DNA of 64,000 nt from Bacteroidota bacterium (GCA_013286805.1 JABDEY010000002.1:1629-65628); one strand, 5' to 3'; positions 1-10,414 are shown, counted from the first letter of the stretch. A program made the numbers and translations. The notes: a model not told the origin generated them from the letters alone.

Positions 1-1513
1 TCAAAGTTTGCTTACGCATCCAATCGGAAGGAACTTTGTCTTTGTGCGTATTGGTCACTTCGAGGTAGTATCCGAACACATTGTTGAAAGCAATTTTAAG
101 GGAGGGTATTCCGGTGCGTTCTGATTCACGCAGCTGAATTTGCAAAAGAAAATCCTTTCCGGAATAAGCAATCTTGCGCAGCTCATCCAGGTCAGCATTC
201 ACGCCTTCTGCAATTACATTTCCTTTGTTTAGCAAAAAGGGCGGGTCTGGCTGCAGTTCCTTATCTATTTTATTTATTGCTGCGTCGCATAGGTTGATCT
301 GCCGGCCTATGTTCTGCAGGGACAAATTTTCTGATTTGTCCAACAGTTCTTTTATAGGTTTTATGGCTGAGAGTGCACGTTTTAACTGAGCCACTTCTTT
401 GGGTGAAATCCGTGCCGTAGCGACTTTGGAAATGATGCGTTCAAGGTCATGGATCAGCTTTAGCTGTGAAGTAATCAAATCCGCCTGCTCCTGATGTTTC
501 AAAAAATAATCCACACATTCGAGGCGTTCATCAATCGGAGCCTTGTCTTTCAGGGGTAAAGCCAGCCATCGCTTGAGCATACGGGAGCCCATGGGTGAAA
601 CAGTCTGATCTATAACCGAAATAAGGGTACGTGCATTTTCGTTATAAGATCCGAATAACTCCAGATTACGAATGGTAAATTTATCCAGCCAGACGTATTT
701 TTCTTCTTCAATGCGGGAGATGTTGGTAATATGCTGAACCTTGTCGTGGGCTGTTTCAGCCAGGTAATGCAAAACCACTCCAGCGGCAATAATGCCGCTT
801 TCCATATTGTCAATACCGAAGCCTTTCAGGGATTTTGTATTGAAATGTTTCAGCAAGGATTCCTGCCCGAATTCATGTGTGAAAGCCCAGTCTTCCAGTC
901 CAAAGGAATAGAGCTTCTCGCCGAAGGTGTCAAGAAAAAGTTTCTTGTATTTTTTTTGATAAAGTACTTCGCTGGGGCGAAAGCTTTGCAGAAGTTTATC
1001 GATGTATTCAAAGGTTCCCTGGGCTATCAGGAATTCTCCCGTGGAAACATCAAGGAAGGATACTCCGGCAGTATTTCCGGAAGGGTTTGGAAAAAGGCCG
1101 AAGGCAATACTTGCCAGAAAGTTATTGGATTTATGATCGAGTACTTTGTCATTGTACGAAACTCCGGGAGTGACTAATTCGGTAACACCTCGTTTTACAA
1201 TGGTCTTGGTTAGTTTTGGGTCTTCGAGCTGATCGCAGATTGCAACACGCTGACCTGCACGTACCAGTTTTGGAAGGTATGTATCGAGCGAATGGTAGGG
1301 AAATCCGGCTAATTCGATGAAGGTGGCTGCTCCATTGGCTCTTCTGGTTAATACAATGCCCAAAATGCCGGATGCTTTTATTGCATCTGCACCAAAAGTT
1401 TCGTAAAAATCTCCTACGCGGAAAAGCAGGAGCGCATCCGGATATTTTGTTTTAATCGTATGGTATTGCTTCATCAGTGGTGTTTCTACCGGTGAAGTAG
1501 TGCTTTTTGTCAT
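1..1513 (-). CDS. mutS: DNA mismatch repair protein MutS, N-terminal ~500 aa; the gene continues past the window start, so it is absent from the ORF track.
   Basis: The reverse-strand translation starts at ATG 1513 with [44 protein letters not shown], the canonical MutS N-terminus (mismatch-binding domain). A continuous frame runs to position 1. The + strand ORFs 174..389, 610..813 and 731..1177 inside it are spurious. Confidence 0.85.
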   Translation of the reverse strand, partial: MTKSTTSPVETPLMKQYHTIKTKYPDALLLFRVGDFYETFGADAIKASGILGIVLTRRANGAATFIELAGFPYHSLDTYLPKLVRAGQRVAICDQLEDPKLTKTIVKRGVTELVTPGVSYNDKVLDHKSNNFLASIAFGLFPNPSGNTAGVSFLDVSTGEFLIAQGTFEYIDKLLQSFRPSEVLYQKKYKKLFLDTFGEKLYSFGLEDWAFTHEFGQESLLKHFNTKSLKGFGIDNMESGIIAAGVVLHYLAETAHDKVQHITNISRIEEEKYVWLDKFTIRNLELFGSYNENARTLISVIDQTVSPMGSRMLKRWLALPLKDKAPIDERLECVDYFLKHQEQADLITSQLKLIHDLERIISKVATARISPKEVAQLKRALSAIKPIKELLDKSENLSLQNIGRQINLCDAAINKIDKELQPDPPFLLNKGNVIAEGVNADLDELRKIAYSGKDFLLQIQLRESERTGIPSLKIAFNNVFGYYLEVTNTHKDKVPSDWMRKQTL

Positions 1514-1520
1514 ACTTTAA

Positions 1521-2090
1521 ATGTACAAAGATTTTGAGGATATTTGCGGGATGCGTAAACTGTTGAATGAGGAGTTAGGAAGAAAGACGGTAGATGAGTT
1601 TAAACGCTCGGCCAAGACGCCATTGATTGTGGTGCTTGATAATGTACGCAGCCTGCACAATGTGGGATCAGTTTTCCGGACAGCTGACGCATTTCTGGTG
1701 GAAGCACTTTATTTATGTGGGATTACGGGGACACCTCCGAATAAGGAGATTCAGAAAACAGCTTTGGGGTCCGTGGAGAGTATTGACTGGAAGTATTTTA
1801 AAACGACAGCTGAGGCTGTGGTTTTGTTAAAGCAAAATGGTTATAAGGTTTATTCCATTGAGCAGGCTGAACACGCTATTGCTTTGAATGAATTTATGCC
1901 TGGCAAGGGTGAGAAATTAGCAGTGATATTTGGACATGAGGTGAAAGGCGTGGAGCAGGAGGTCATAAACCTGTGCGACGGGGTAATAGAAATACCTCAA
2001 GCCGGAATGAAACATTCATTGAATGTAGCGGTTAGTGCAGGGGTGGTGATTTGGGAGCTTTTTAGGAAATTTCATTTGCTCCCTGTGTGA
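1521..2090 (+). CDS. TrmH/SpoU-family RNA 2'-O-ribose methyltransferase.
   Basis: SpoU_methylase-like motifs are present (VVLDNVRSLHNVGSVFRTADAF; IFGHEVKGV; IPQAGMKHSLNVAVSAGVVIWE). An alternative start is at M11. Confidence 0.7.
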   Translation: MYKDFEDICGMRKLLNEELGRKTVDEFKRSAKTPLIVVLDNVRSLHNVGSVFRTADAFLVEALYLCGITGTPPNKEIQKTALGSVESIDWKYFKTTAEAVVLLKQNGYKVYSIEQAEHAIALNEFMPGKGEKLAVIFGHEVKGVEQEVINLCDGVIEIPQAGMKHSLNVAVSAGVVIWELFRKFHLLPV

Positions 2091-2153
2091 ATCATGTAAA
2101 TCTATTGCCGGTGTTTGCAATATTTTTTTATGAACTCCAACCCACCTTTGTTC

Positions 2154-2375
2154 ATGAAAAAAGTCGTATTTATCGTTTTAATCGGATGGGCAGGTTCTTC
2201 AGTGGCCCTTTCTGAAAACAGGGAGCCTGACCGGGTTATCCCTATAACTGCTCTGGAAAAAGCTAAGGTACGCAATTGGCAATGTGATTATTGCCATAAA
2301 ATTAAGCGCCGAAAGTATAAACCCTGGAATTTTGTTTGCCCTGAGTCCGAGTTCCATTACTGGAGGGCTATGTAA
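2154..2375 (+). CDS. Small hypothetical secreted protein (signal peptide MKKVVFIVLIGWAGSSVALS; four Cys).
   Basis: ORF with an N-terminal signal peptide when started at the internal Met. No recognisable family. Confidence 0.35.
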   Translation: MKKVVFIVLIGWAGSSVALSENREPDRVIPITALEKAKVRNWQCDYCHKIKRRKYKPWNFVCPESEFHYWRAM

Positions 2376-2399
2376 TAATGTCAAGGTTTATTGCAAAAG

Positions 2400-4223
2400 C
2401 TATTTCACCACAAACTTCTTCTGAACATTCATTCCATCGATACTTAAAACCTGCAGAAAATAGATCCCAGGACCAAATTCAGACACATTCTTTGAAAAGC
2501 TGTTGGTTCCTGATCTTAGCTGAATGGCTTCAGTTGAAATCATTCTTCCAAGCATGTCAAAGATGGATAGTTTGGCTGAAGCGGGTGTAGTACCGGAGAT
2601 ACTATAGTTGACTGTTGACGATGTGGGATTGGGATAGATGGAAAGGTCTTGTGGGGTAGATTGGATTTCGGAAACGCCTGTATAACCTGCCGATGAAACA
2701 AAAATCCACGCTGCCCCATTATTACTATTGTCACCGACTCCGCCAATAATGGCAGTATTGCCGTCGGCAGAAATTGATACAGAATAGCCTTGATTGGCAT
2801 CCACAGTAGCTCCAGTACCTGCTAATTTATTTCCCTGCTGTGTCCATACTCCAGCGGTTCGGGTAAAAATCCATACCGCTCCATTATTGCTATTATCCAC
2901 AAATCCGCCAACAATGGCAGTATTCCCATCAGCACAAAGTGAAACTGAAATGCCTTGCTGGGCTCCAAAAGTCCCATATATAGCTCCTGTACCCACTAAT
3001 TTTTCCCCCTGCTGTGTCCAGACCCCGGTGCTTCGGAAATAAACCCATGCTGCTCCAGCTCCGTTATTATCTATAGATCCCCCAACAATTGCAGTATTCC
3101 CATCAGCAGAAATAGAAACAGAACCGCCTTGATATGCATTCCCCGCACCTCCTGTACCTACTAATTTATCCCCCTGTTGGGTCCAAACTCCGGCGCTGCG
3201 AGTGTAAATCCATACTGCTCCGGTATCCTGATTATCCGTATAACCACCTACAATGGCAGTATTCCCATCAGCAGAAATTGCAACTGACCAGCCTTGATAT
3301 GCATTACCTATGGCTCCTGTACCCACTAATTTATTCCCCTGCTGTGTCCAGATTCCGGCGCTGCGGGTATAAATCCATGCTGCTCCGGCTTTGCTATTAT
3401 CAACACATCCGCCAACAATGGCAGTATTGCCATCAGCGGATATTGAAACTGAATAGCCTTGATCTGAATCCCCTATAGCTCCTGTGCCCACTAATTTATT
3501 TCCTTGTTGTGTCCAGACTCCATTGCTTCGTACATAAACCCACGCTGCTCCAGCATTACTATTATCTCCATATCCTCCCACAATGGCTGTATTTCCATCA
3601 GCAGAGAGTGAAACTGATATGCCCTGCTGGGCGCCATTTGACCCATTTATAGCTCCAGTACCCACTAATTTATTTCCCTGCTGTGTCCATACTCCAGTGC
3701 TTCGGGTATAAATCCATGCTGCTCCATCACCACTGTCATCATCATATCCGCCAACAATTGCAGTATTGCCGTCAGCAGAAATAGAAACGGAAATTCCCTG
3801 GATTGCCGCTCCTTCAGCACCGGTACCCACCAATTTACTTCCTTGTTGTAAGGCTGGAAAGTGCGTTTGAGTAACTGTAAAATTTCCGCTGCTTGTTGCT
3901 GTACCATTCCCTGTTGTAACCGATATAGCTCCGGTAAAAGAACCAGGCATCACAAGTCCCACTAATGTATCTCCTTTATTGGATGCCATTACAGCTGAAT
4001 CAGATACAATTATAGCATTGACACTACCTACAGTGAAACCGGTTGGACTCCCCAGATTGGTGCCTACAATTGTTATCAATGTTCCTGTTGAACCGCTATC
4101 AGGGAAGAATGCACTAATTGAAGGCGACTGTGCATTCAATGTATTCACAAAAAAGATTAAGGAAGCAACAAACGAGGTAATAAATGAATGCCGTTTAATC
4201 GTAAGCAGTTTTTCTTTTATCAT
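2400..4223 (-). CDS. T9SS cargo with an IPT/TIG domain, a ~7-blade FG-GAP-type beta-propeller and a T9SS C-terminal sorting domain.
   Basis: Signal peptide. IPT/TIG-like N-terminus (ISAFFPDSGSTGTLITIVGTNLG). Seven repeats of 'GNKLVGTGA..QGxSVSxSADGNTAIVGG..DN..GAAWxYTRSxGVWTQQ'. C-terminal SIYPNPTSSTVNYS...GIYFLQV...KKFVVK (TIGR04183-like). Confidence 0.75.
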   Translation of the reverse strand: MIKEKLLTIKRHSFITSFVASLIFFVNTLNAQSPSISAFFPDSGSTGTLITIVGTNLGSPTGFTVGSVNAIIVSDSAVMASNKGDTLVGLVMPGSFTGAISVTTGNGTATSSGNFTVTQTHFPALQQGSKLVGTGAEGAAIQGISVSISADGNTAIVGGYDDDSGDGAAWIYTRSTGVWTQQGNKLVGTGAINGSNGAQQGISVSLSADGNTAIVGGYGDNSNAGAAWVYVRSNGVWTQQGNKLVGTGAIGDSDQGYSVSISADGNTAIVGGCVDNSKAGAAWIYTRSAGIWTQQGNKLVGTGAIGNAYQGWSVAISADGNTAIVGGYTDNQDTGAVWIYTRSAGVWTQQGDKLVGTGGAGNAYQGGSVSISADGNTAIVGGSIDNNGAGAAWVYFRSTGVWTQQGEKLVGTGAIYGTFGAQQGISVSLCADGNTAIVGGFVDNSNNGAVWIFTRTAGVWTQQGNKLAGTGATVDANQGYSVSISADGNTAIIGGVGDNSNNGAAWIFVSSAGYTGVSEIQSTPQDLSIYPNPTSSTVNYSISGTTPASAKLSIFDMLGRMISTEAIQLRSGTNSFSKNVSEFGPGIYFLQVLSIDGMNVQKKFVVK

Positions 4224-4350
4224 ATCCTACGGCTGATTTTAAGAAAAAAGATAAAATAAAGATAATCTTTAAAAGCGATGGTTATACGGAGGCAATAATT
4301 TGATCGTATGTTACGTTTGGTTGTACCCATTCACCAAAAAAAGAATCCCC

Positions 4351-5517
4351 ATGAATATAAATTCTCAGAAAGCATTTTTCCTTGCGATCCTTATCAGCAC
4401 TATTTTCAAACCTTTAATCTGTAAGGCTCAGTTGCAGGTTATTGCAAATGGAAATGTCGGTATAGGCACAACCAGTCCGGGAACAGCATTAGACGTCCAG
4501 ATTGGCACAAGTCCAAGCATTCGCGCACAGGGCAGTTCTAATCCATATCTTCAGGTAGTATCAACGAATGGGGCTTTGATTACAAAATGCCAGAGTGTTG
4601 CGACTGTTGGCGGGTATGTGGGTACACAAAGTAACCATAACCTATTCCTGTGTACGGACAATGAACCAAGTATTACAATACTAGCTAATGGCGGAAATCC
4701 AGGAACTGTGGGGATTGCAAATACTGCCCCTAATACTTCCTATGCTTTGGATGTGGCTGGGGATATCAATTCTTCCACCCATCTTAGGGCGTCCGGAGTA
4801 ATTCTTACCTCTGATCGGAAATTTAAAACGAATATAGTTCCTATTCCAAATGCCATGGCTATTATTAAGCAATTGAAACCCAGCTCCTATTATTGGGATT
4901 CAATAAATGCATATGGTATGCATTTTGAAAATCAAAAACAATATGGCTTAATCTCTCAGGATGTGGAGAAAGTGTTGCCTGAATTAATCTATAATTCAAT
5001 CAAATTAGCTACACATGATTCTGCTGGCAATGTGTTAACACAAGCGGTATCATACAAAGGATTAAATTATAATGCTTTCATACCTATCCTCATTAAAGGA
5101 CTTCAGGAGCAACAAGTAATTATTGAGAGATTGGATTCCATCAACAAGGCATTGCAGTCTCAAGTAACTACCTGCTGCAACAGCCAACAAGGACAGGGAA
5201 CAACTAGTGTCACAGGTGATAATTTAAACAACACAAATGCAACAGCTGGAAATTCTTCTGCTATTCTTTATCAAAACATCCCAAATCCTTTTAGTCAACA
5301 AACAAGCATAGGATATTCAATTCCAACATCGGCTCAAAGTGCCAGCATTATAATATTTGACCTGCAGGGTAAGTTAATAAAAACAGTATCTGTCTTTAAT
5401 TTTGGCACTGGCTCAATACGAATTAACGGTAGTGAGTTAGCTCCTGGTATGTATGTCTATTCTTTATTGGTTGATGGAAAAATAATTGACAGCAAAAGAA
5501 TGATTTTAACTCAATAG
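4351..5517 (+). CDS. Tail-fibre-like protein with a peptidase-S74 intramolecular-chaperone domain and a T9SS C-terminal sorting domain.
   Basis: Signal peptide. 'SDRKFKTNIVPIPNAMAIIKQLKPSSYYWDS...YGLISQDVEKVLPELIY' matches the endosialidase/tail-spike chaperone (S74) domain. The C-terminus NIPNPFSQQTSIGYSI...GMYVYSLLVDGKIIDSKRMILTQ is a T9SS CTD. Confidence 0.7.
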   Translation: MNINSQKAFFLAILISTIFKPLICKAQLQVIANGNVGIGTTSPGTALDVQIGTSPSIRAQGSSNPYLQVVSTNGALITKCQSVATVGGYVGTQSNHNLFLCTDNEPSITILANGGNPGTVGIANTAPNTSYALDVAGDINSSTHLRASGVILTSDRKFKTNIVPIPNAMAIIKQLKPSSYYWDSINAYGMHFENQKQYGLISQDVEKVLPELIYNSIKLATHDSAGNVLTQAVSYKGLNYNAFIPILIKGLQEQQVIIERLDSINKALQSQVTTCCNSQQGQGTTSVTGDNLNNTNATAGNSSAILYQNIPNPFSQQTSIGYSIPTSAQSASIIIFDLQGKLIKTVSVFNFGTGSIRINGSELAPGMYVYSLLVDGKIIDSKRMILTQ

Positions 5518-5529
5518 TTGCAATTGCAA

Positions 5530-8500
5530 ATGAAACAGAAGTATAATTTCTGCAATTTGAGACGTACAGTGATTTTTTATTTATTGATTAATGCCAGCTC
5601 ATTCGGGCAAACGATCTGCTATCCTCCAAATGATCCGAATTGGCAGCTCAATTCTGCTTTAAGTGATGAATTTAATTCTACGTTGGACGCAACCAACGGA
5701 GGCGTATTCTATTCGACAAATTCCGGATCAAGTTGGACTGCTGCCGCCGGGTTAAGTTACCAAACACCCGGTTTTACTTTACCAAGTACAAATACAAGTG
5801 TCAATTGCCTTGCAGTTAATGGTGCCGGTGGGTTATTTGCAGGAGTGCAGAGTTTCGGATATGCGAATGCTGAAATGGGAGGAGTATTTTACTCGACAAA
5901 CTCAGGAACAGCCTGGAACTTTACAGGTACCAACATGACAGATTTAGCCGGATTGGCCATGACTTCTTATACAGTTGCCACAAACCCTCCCGCTACTTAT
6001 ATTTTTTCAGGATATAATACCGGGGTATATGTTTCGACTAATGCAGGATCGAGTTGGTCATCTGGTTTATTACCCAGAGTAGCCGGAAATGCTTTGACCA
6101 GTTATTATATGAGTCCTTACAATTACCTTTTTGCAGGAAATAAATATGGTGTGTATTTATCTACCGATAATGGGGTTAGTTTCTCATCCCCCCGGGATAC
6201 CTTAACACTATTTTATAATCATAATGTCACTTGTTTAGCAAATACAGCTCAACGCGGGGTAAACTATCTTTTTGCCGGCTTAAATTATAATGCTTATGCC
6301 GGGGGAAATAATGGAGTAGCTTTTACCTCTGATAATGGCACGACCTGGGCAACCATTAATAGGGATACTTCCGGGCACCCTCCTCTCACTTCTAATGTAT
6401 ATTGTCTGGCTGCCAATGGATCTAAGGTTTTTGCAGGCTGTGAAAGCGGAGTGTATATTGCAACTTTAAGTGGTTCAACCCCTTATTGGAATTCTGCCGG
6501 ATTAGCTAATTCCATTGTTTATTCCCTTTATTATGACGGAACGAACCTATTTGCAGGAACTACCAAAGGCTTTTTTTGGTCAACCAATAACGGTTCAAGC
6601 TGGAAGGAAATGGATGCTGGCTTAAATAATGCTGTTGTTCAATCGATCACAGTCAGTGGCAATAATTTATTTATAGGTACTGCTGACAATGGTGTTTTTT
6701 TATCAACCAATTCTGGTGGAAGCTGGACAGCATTAAACAGTAATTTACCAACCAATACTATTTATTCTATCTATTATTGCTCAATTAACGCTATTCCTTA
6801 CTTATTTGCCAGTACCGGTGGCGGGGGAGCCGGAGTCTATTATTGTACCTATAGTGGCAGTACCTGGAGTCCCTGGTCAAGCACCGGGGCCATAGGTACA
6901 CCGGCATATGCAGACATGAGCCCAAAAAGAAATATTAGTTGCCTTGCTACTAATGGGAGTACTGTATTTGCAGGGACAAGAGGAGGATTATTTCTGTCCT
7001 CCGATCTCGGATTAACATGGGTGCCAATCAATGATGGATTGACAAATAGTTTTATTACATCCTTAGCGATAGGAAGTGGCAGTAATTTGTATGCAGGAAC
7101 ATATGGAGGAGTATTTTATTCGAATAATAACGGATCCAGTTGGTCCGCTGCAAATTCAGGATTGACAAATACAAGTGTTAATTGTCTGGCAATAAATGGA
7201 AGTAATTTGTTCGCAGGAACGAATGAAGGGGTATTTTATTCAACCAATAATGGAACCAATTGGACAGCGGTAAATTCAGGTCTGATAAGCATAAATAATG
7301 GAAACAGAGTCCGGTCGATTGTGATTGATAGCGGTAATGTATTTGCCGGTACTGACGCAGGAGTCTTTTTCTCCAGCAATAATGGGGCTAGCTGGGCTGC
7401 ACTAAATACAGGATTAATCTATTTAAGTCCAAGTGACGGACACACGTATAGTTCAAGTGTAAATTGTCTTGTCGCTAATGGTACAGATTTATATGCAGGG
7501 ACTAATGGTGGTGGCATATTCCATTCAACAAATAGCGGGGGAGCCTGGAGTAGCTGGACACAAGTGAATGGATCAGGAAGTCTGACCTCTTTGAATGTTT
7601 TTGCATTAGCCTTGTATGGCAATACTTTGTATGCAGGAACTTCACCAAAATGGCATGCCTACGATTTTTGTTCAGGCAGCTTTTATGAAGAAAAAACCAA
7701 TCTGTTTGCAAGTGATAATGCCTCTGCATCCTCAGGTAATTTACAATTGCAGGTTCCGGACAGCAACACGCATTTCTGTTCAAATTCATATCCCTATGAC
7801 AGGGGGGGTATATATACAGGGGGAATACAATCTCATGGAAATAATTTTACCTACGGCTATTATGAGATACGTGCTACTTTACCAGGAACTGTTATTGGAT
7901 CCAATGGTTATAGTTATAATTTTTGGCCCGCATTTTGGTTTTATTACGATAATGGGGAGACCCTCTGGAGCAATGTTCATCATGAGTGCGACCCTATTGA
8001 TGCAGCAATCTACGGAAATTCTGCAGGTGGTTCTCCTGCCAATGCGACTCAAATTGCAGGAGAGTTTAATTCAACTGTTGCATCAGCATCGCACGTTTGG
8101 ACATACACCAACTCCTCCGGTTTTTTGTGCAGTGGTCCTCACAATTATGGCATTGAGTATAACCCCAATTATATCATTTTTTATTTTGATGGTATTCCAA
8201 TTTATCAGCAATTTGGAAATAGTCCCACACCCATTCCACAGGAAAGCAACATGATGACTTTACTAATTAACTTATCCGTAGAAGGTGAATCGTTTTATTC
8301 AGGACAATCCTTTTCACCGGCTCCAGCCATGCTGGTAGATTATTTCCATTACTATACATTATCTGAAAATTGTTCATCATCCGAAACAGTTTCGAATCAA
8401 TCTCAATATTCCAGTTATGTTCCTGCAGTTTATTCTGAAATAACTTTTTCACCAACTGTTTCAAATCCGATTGCTATAAGCAATTCAGGCAATACACTAT

Positions 8501-8622
8501 TCAGAGCTGTAGGTTCAGGCAATACGGGTATAGGTATTACTGTCCCTGGTGCCGGAAATTCAGCAGTTTTTACAGTTCCCTTAGGAACAACCTTGAGTTT
8601 GATACCAACCGGGTGCAATTAA
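5530..8622 (+). CDS. Large secreted protein: BNR/Asp-box beta-propeller repeats plus a C-terminal GH16-like (concanavalin-fold) domain with a variant catalytic motif.
   Basis: At least 11 repeats of '(L/V)FAGT..GVFYSTN(N/S)G(S/T)SW(T/S)'. The C-terminal region WPAFWFYYDNGETLWSNVHHECDPID resembles the GH16 WPAIWM..GEIDIxE region, but has ExDxxD. No T9SS CTD was seen. The ORF-track start 5518 is TTG; ATG 5530 is preferred. Confidence 0.6.
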   Translation: MKQKYNFCNLRRTVIFYLLINASSFGQTICYPPNDPNWQLNSALSDEFNSTLDATNGGVFYSTNSGSSWTAAAGLSYQTPGFTLPSTNTSVNCLAVNGAGGLFAGVQSFGYANAEMGGVFYSTNSGTAWNFTGTNMTDLAGLAMTSYTVATNPPATYIFSGYNTGVYVSTNAGSSWSSGLLPRVAGNALTSYYMSPYNYLFAGNKYGVYLSTDNGVSFSSPRDTLTLFYNHNVTCLANTAQRGVNYLFAGLNYNAYAGGNNGVAFTSDNGTTWATINRDTSGHPPLTSNVYCLAANGSKVFAGCESGVYIATLSGSTPYWNSAGLANSIVYSLYYDGTNLFAGTTKGFFWSTNNGSSWKEMDAGLNNAVVQSITVSGNNLFIGTADNGVFLSTNSGGSWTALNSNLPTNTIYSIYYCSINAIPYLFASTGGGGAGVYYCTYSGSTWSPWSSTGAIGTPAYADMSPKRNISCLATNGSTVFAGTRGGLFLSSDLGLTWVPINDGLTNSFITSLAIGSGSNLYAGTYGGVFYSNNNGSSWSAANSGLTNTSVNCLAINGSNLFAGTNEGVFYSTNNGTNWTAVNSGLISINNGNRVRSIVIDSGNVFAGTDAGVFFSSNNGASWAALNTGLIYLSPSDGHTYSSSVNCLVANGTDLYAGTNGGGIFHSTNSGGAWSSWTQVNGSGSLTSLNVFALALYGNTLYAGTSPKWHAYDFCSGSFYEEKTNLFASDNASASSGNLQLQVPDSNTHFCSNSYPYDRGGIYTGGIQSHGNNFTYGYYEIRATLPGTVIGSNGYSYNFWPAFWFYYDNGETLWSNVHHECDPIDAAIYGNSAGGSPANATQIAGEFNSTVASASHVWTYTNSSGFLCSGPHNYGIEYNPNYIIFYFDGIPIYQQFGNSPTPIPQESNMMTLLINLSVEGESFYSGQSFSPAPAMLVDYFHYYTLSENCSSSETVSNQSQYSSYVPAVYSEITFSPTVSNPIAISNSGNTLFRAVGSGNTGIGITVPGAGNSAVFTVPLGTTLSLIPTGCN

Positions 8623-8637
8623 AACTAAAAAAAGAAA

Positions 8638-8662
8638 GACTCCCTTTTCGGGGAGCCTTTCT
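8638..8662. terminator. Bidirectional rho-independent terminator between convergent genes.
   Basis: Stem CTCCC/GGGAG with loop TTTTC. It is flanked by an A-run upstream and a T-rich tract downstream, and on the other strand by a T-run. Confidence 0.5.
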
Positions 8663-8683
8663 CAAAAAACCTCAATAAGTTAG

Positions 8684-10414
8684 CTAGTTAACCAATCCTT
8701 TAAAATCCGCGTTATCCTTTAGTTTCAGGAATTCTGCGTCTGTTTTGGCTTTGTCTTTGTAGGTGGCGTCTTTGCCGATTGCTGTTTTCAGGTTATTGAT
8801 GGCCATGTCAGTTTTTCCTGTGCGGGCTCCGATAATGGCTTTGAGGTAGTAACCGATTGCTGAGTCTTTGTCGTCTGATCCATCAATTACTGCTGCTGCT
8901 GCATCGGGGCTTCCGTTGAGAACTTTGGCCAGAGCCATGTTGAATGTTCCGAAACTTCCGAAATTGGATACGGAGCTGGCGTAGTTCCCATTCATGATGT
9001 CTACTATGCCCATGTTATAGTTAACTTCAGCTCCTGCACCTGCTGCGGCTTTGTAAAGTTCCATTGCTTTTTTGCGGTCACCTTTCCAGCGTGCTATGAT
9101 GCCCTGATTGTTTTTTACAATGGGGCTTTTCCCATCTGCCGCCGCTGCTTTGTTGAACTGAGATTCGGCGTCTGCCATTTTATTTTGCATGAGGAAAATG
9201 CAGCCGGCGTTATTTATTGCTCTGAAGTCGGTCGGATAAAGGCGTTCCCCTGCTTTGTAAATGGCAAGGCGTGCGCTCATGTCTTTTGTCAGGTTGGCTC
9301 CTGCGTAAAGTAATTCTTCTACTGAAAGACTGTCTGGCATTGTGGTGGTTAATTTCAAAATTTCGTCATCGCTTCTGCTTTTCATATCTCCCGTTAAGGT
9401 GATCATGGACCTTCTCAGTTTTGGTAGAATGTCTTCTACCTCCTGAAATGATTTGGAAACGTTACGGATTTCTTTTTCGCGTTGATCAAGGTCCGAATAC
9501 ATGGTTAACACACGGAGGATCAGGTCTTTATCCTTAATACTGGATGCTTCCATCATTGATTTAAAACCATCCCAGTCTTCTCCTTTTCCTACTTTGGTAT
9601 AGAATTCTTCTTTTTCGCCTGCTTCAAATTTGCATTTCTTTTCTTTGAATAAGCCCATCAATGCTTTGGAAGCGGTGTTTGCCCGGTCGTTCGCCAGATT
9701 TGTATTCTTGGCCAATTCTCCGTCTGGTGAAGCATAAGCGCTGATGCTTGCATTCTTCAGGTCGTATCCTTTTGCAACGGCCTTCTCTACAAATTCCTTG
9801 AATGGTTTCATGTCTTTACTGTCCATTTCTCCAGGACGTACTACATCAGAACTAATGGTATAATAAATGACAGAATTGGCTGATATTGGAACTGTCTTGA
9901 CAAAGGCATCTTTGCCCATGATGGATTTCTCATCGCTTTTCACAAGGTAGGGCGTAACGATTGTTCCGTCTGCAATTTTTACTGCCGGAAAATCTTTTGT
10001 CTTTTTCTTAACGGCTCCGCTTATTTTCAACTCAACTGTTGCGCTTTCCATTCCTTTTACAAATGCTGTACGATCCGAATAGGAGAAACTTCCTCCAGCT
10101 TCCTGTGCTACTTTGGTTCCTGTGCCTTCTGCTTTCTCACCAATAACTGTAACTGACTTCAGGGCTTTTTCACCTCCTGCATACTTAATAGTTGGGGTAA
10201 TGGTGACGGTTGCTTTCTTGTCAAAATATTTTGCGGGATACTTGCCGGCTATTGTAACAGCTACCGTATCTCCATTCATTTCTATAGGATTCGGGGTAAC
10301 GGTATAAGTAACAGTTTTGGCATTTTTTACCATTTTGCCTAATCCATCACAGGCTGTAAACCCAATGGCTGCAAAAGCTGCAAGTCCCAGAATTTGTAAA
10401 TTCTTATTTTTCAT
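8684..10414 (-). CDS. Lipoprotein with a TPR-like repeat C-terminal half.
   Basis: Lipobox (AAIGFTAC). The C-terminal half has TPR-like A/Y/G periodicity (AINNAGCIFLMQNKMADAESQFNKAAA; AMELYKAAAGAGAEVNYNMGI; AIGYYLKAIIG). No specific family was recognised. Confidence 0.55.
   Translation of the reverse strand: MKNKNLQILGLAAFAAIGFTACDGLGKMVKNAKTVTYTVTPNPIEMNGDTVAVTIAGKYPAKYFDKKATVTITPTIKYAGGEKALKSVTVIGEKAEGTGTKVAQEAGGSFSYSDRTAFVKGMESATVELKISGAVKKKTKDFPAVKIADGTIVTPYLVKSDEKSIMGKDAFVKTVPISANSVIYYTISSDVVRPGEMDSKDMKPFKEFVEKAVAKGYDLKNASISAYASPDGELAKNTNLANDRANTASKALMGLFKEKKCKFEAGEKEEFYTKVGKGEDWDGFKSMMEASSIKDKDLILRVLTMYSDLDQREKEIRNVSKSFQEVEDILPKLRRSMITLTGDMKSRSDDEILKLTTTMPDSLSVEELLYAGANLTKDMSARLAIYKAGERLYPTDFRAINNAGCIFLMQNKMADAESQFNKAAAADGKSPIVKNNQGIIARWKGDRKKAMELYKAAAGAGAEVNYNMGIVDIMNGNYASSVSNFGSFGTFNMALAKVLNGSPDAAAAVIDGSDDKDSAIGYYLKAIIGARTGKTDMAINNLKTAIGKDATYKDKAKTDAEFLKLKDNADFKGLVN

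Noticed and set aside
174-1177. + strand ORFs 174..389 and 731..1177, and - strand ORF 610..813.
   Set aside because: They sit inside, or antisense to, the clearly recognisable mutS reading frame on the minus strand. mutS was missed by the ORF track only because it runs off the window start.
7616-8254. 212-aa + strand ORF in the ORF track, plus many 60-110-aa ORFs inside or antisense to large genes (e.g. 2794..3042, 3134..3478, 25338..25862, 54907..55299, 31761..32108, 12451..12738).
   Set aside because: They lie wholly within well-supported longer CDSs, in other frames. They have low-complexity or biased composition and no start/stop economy. They are shadow ORFs.
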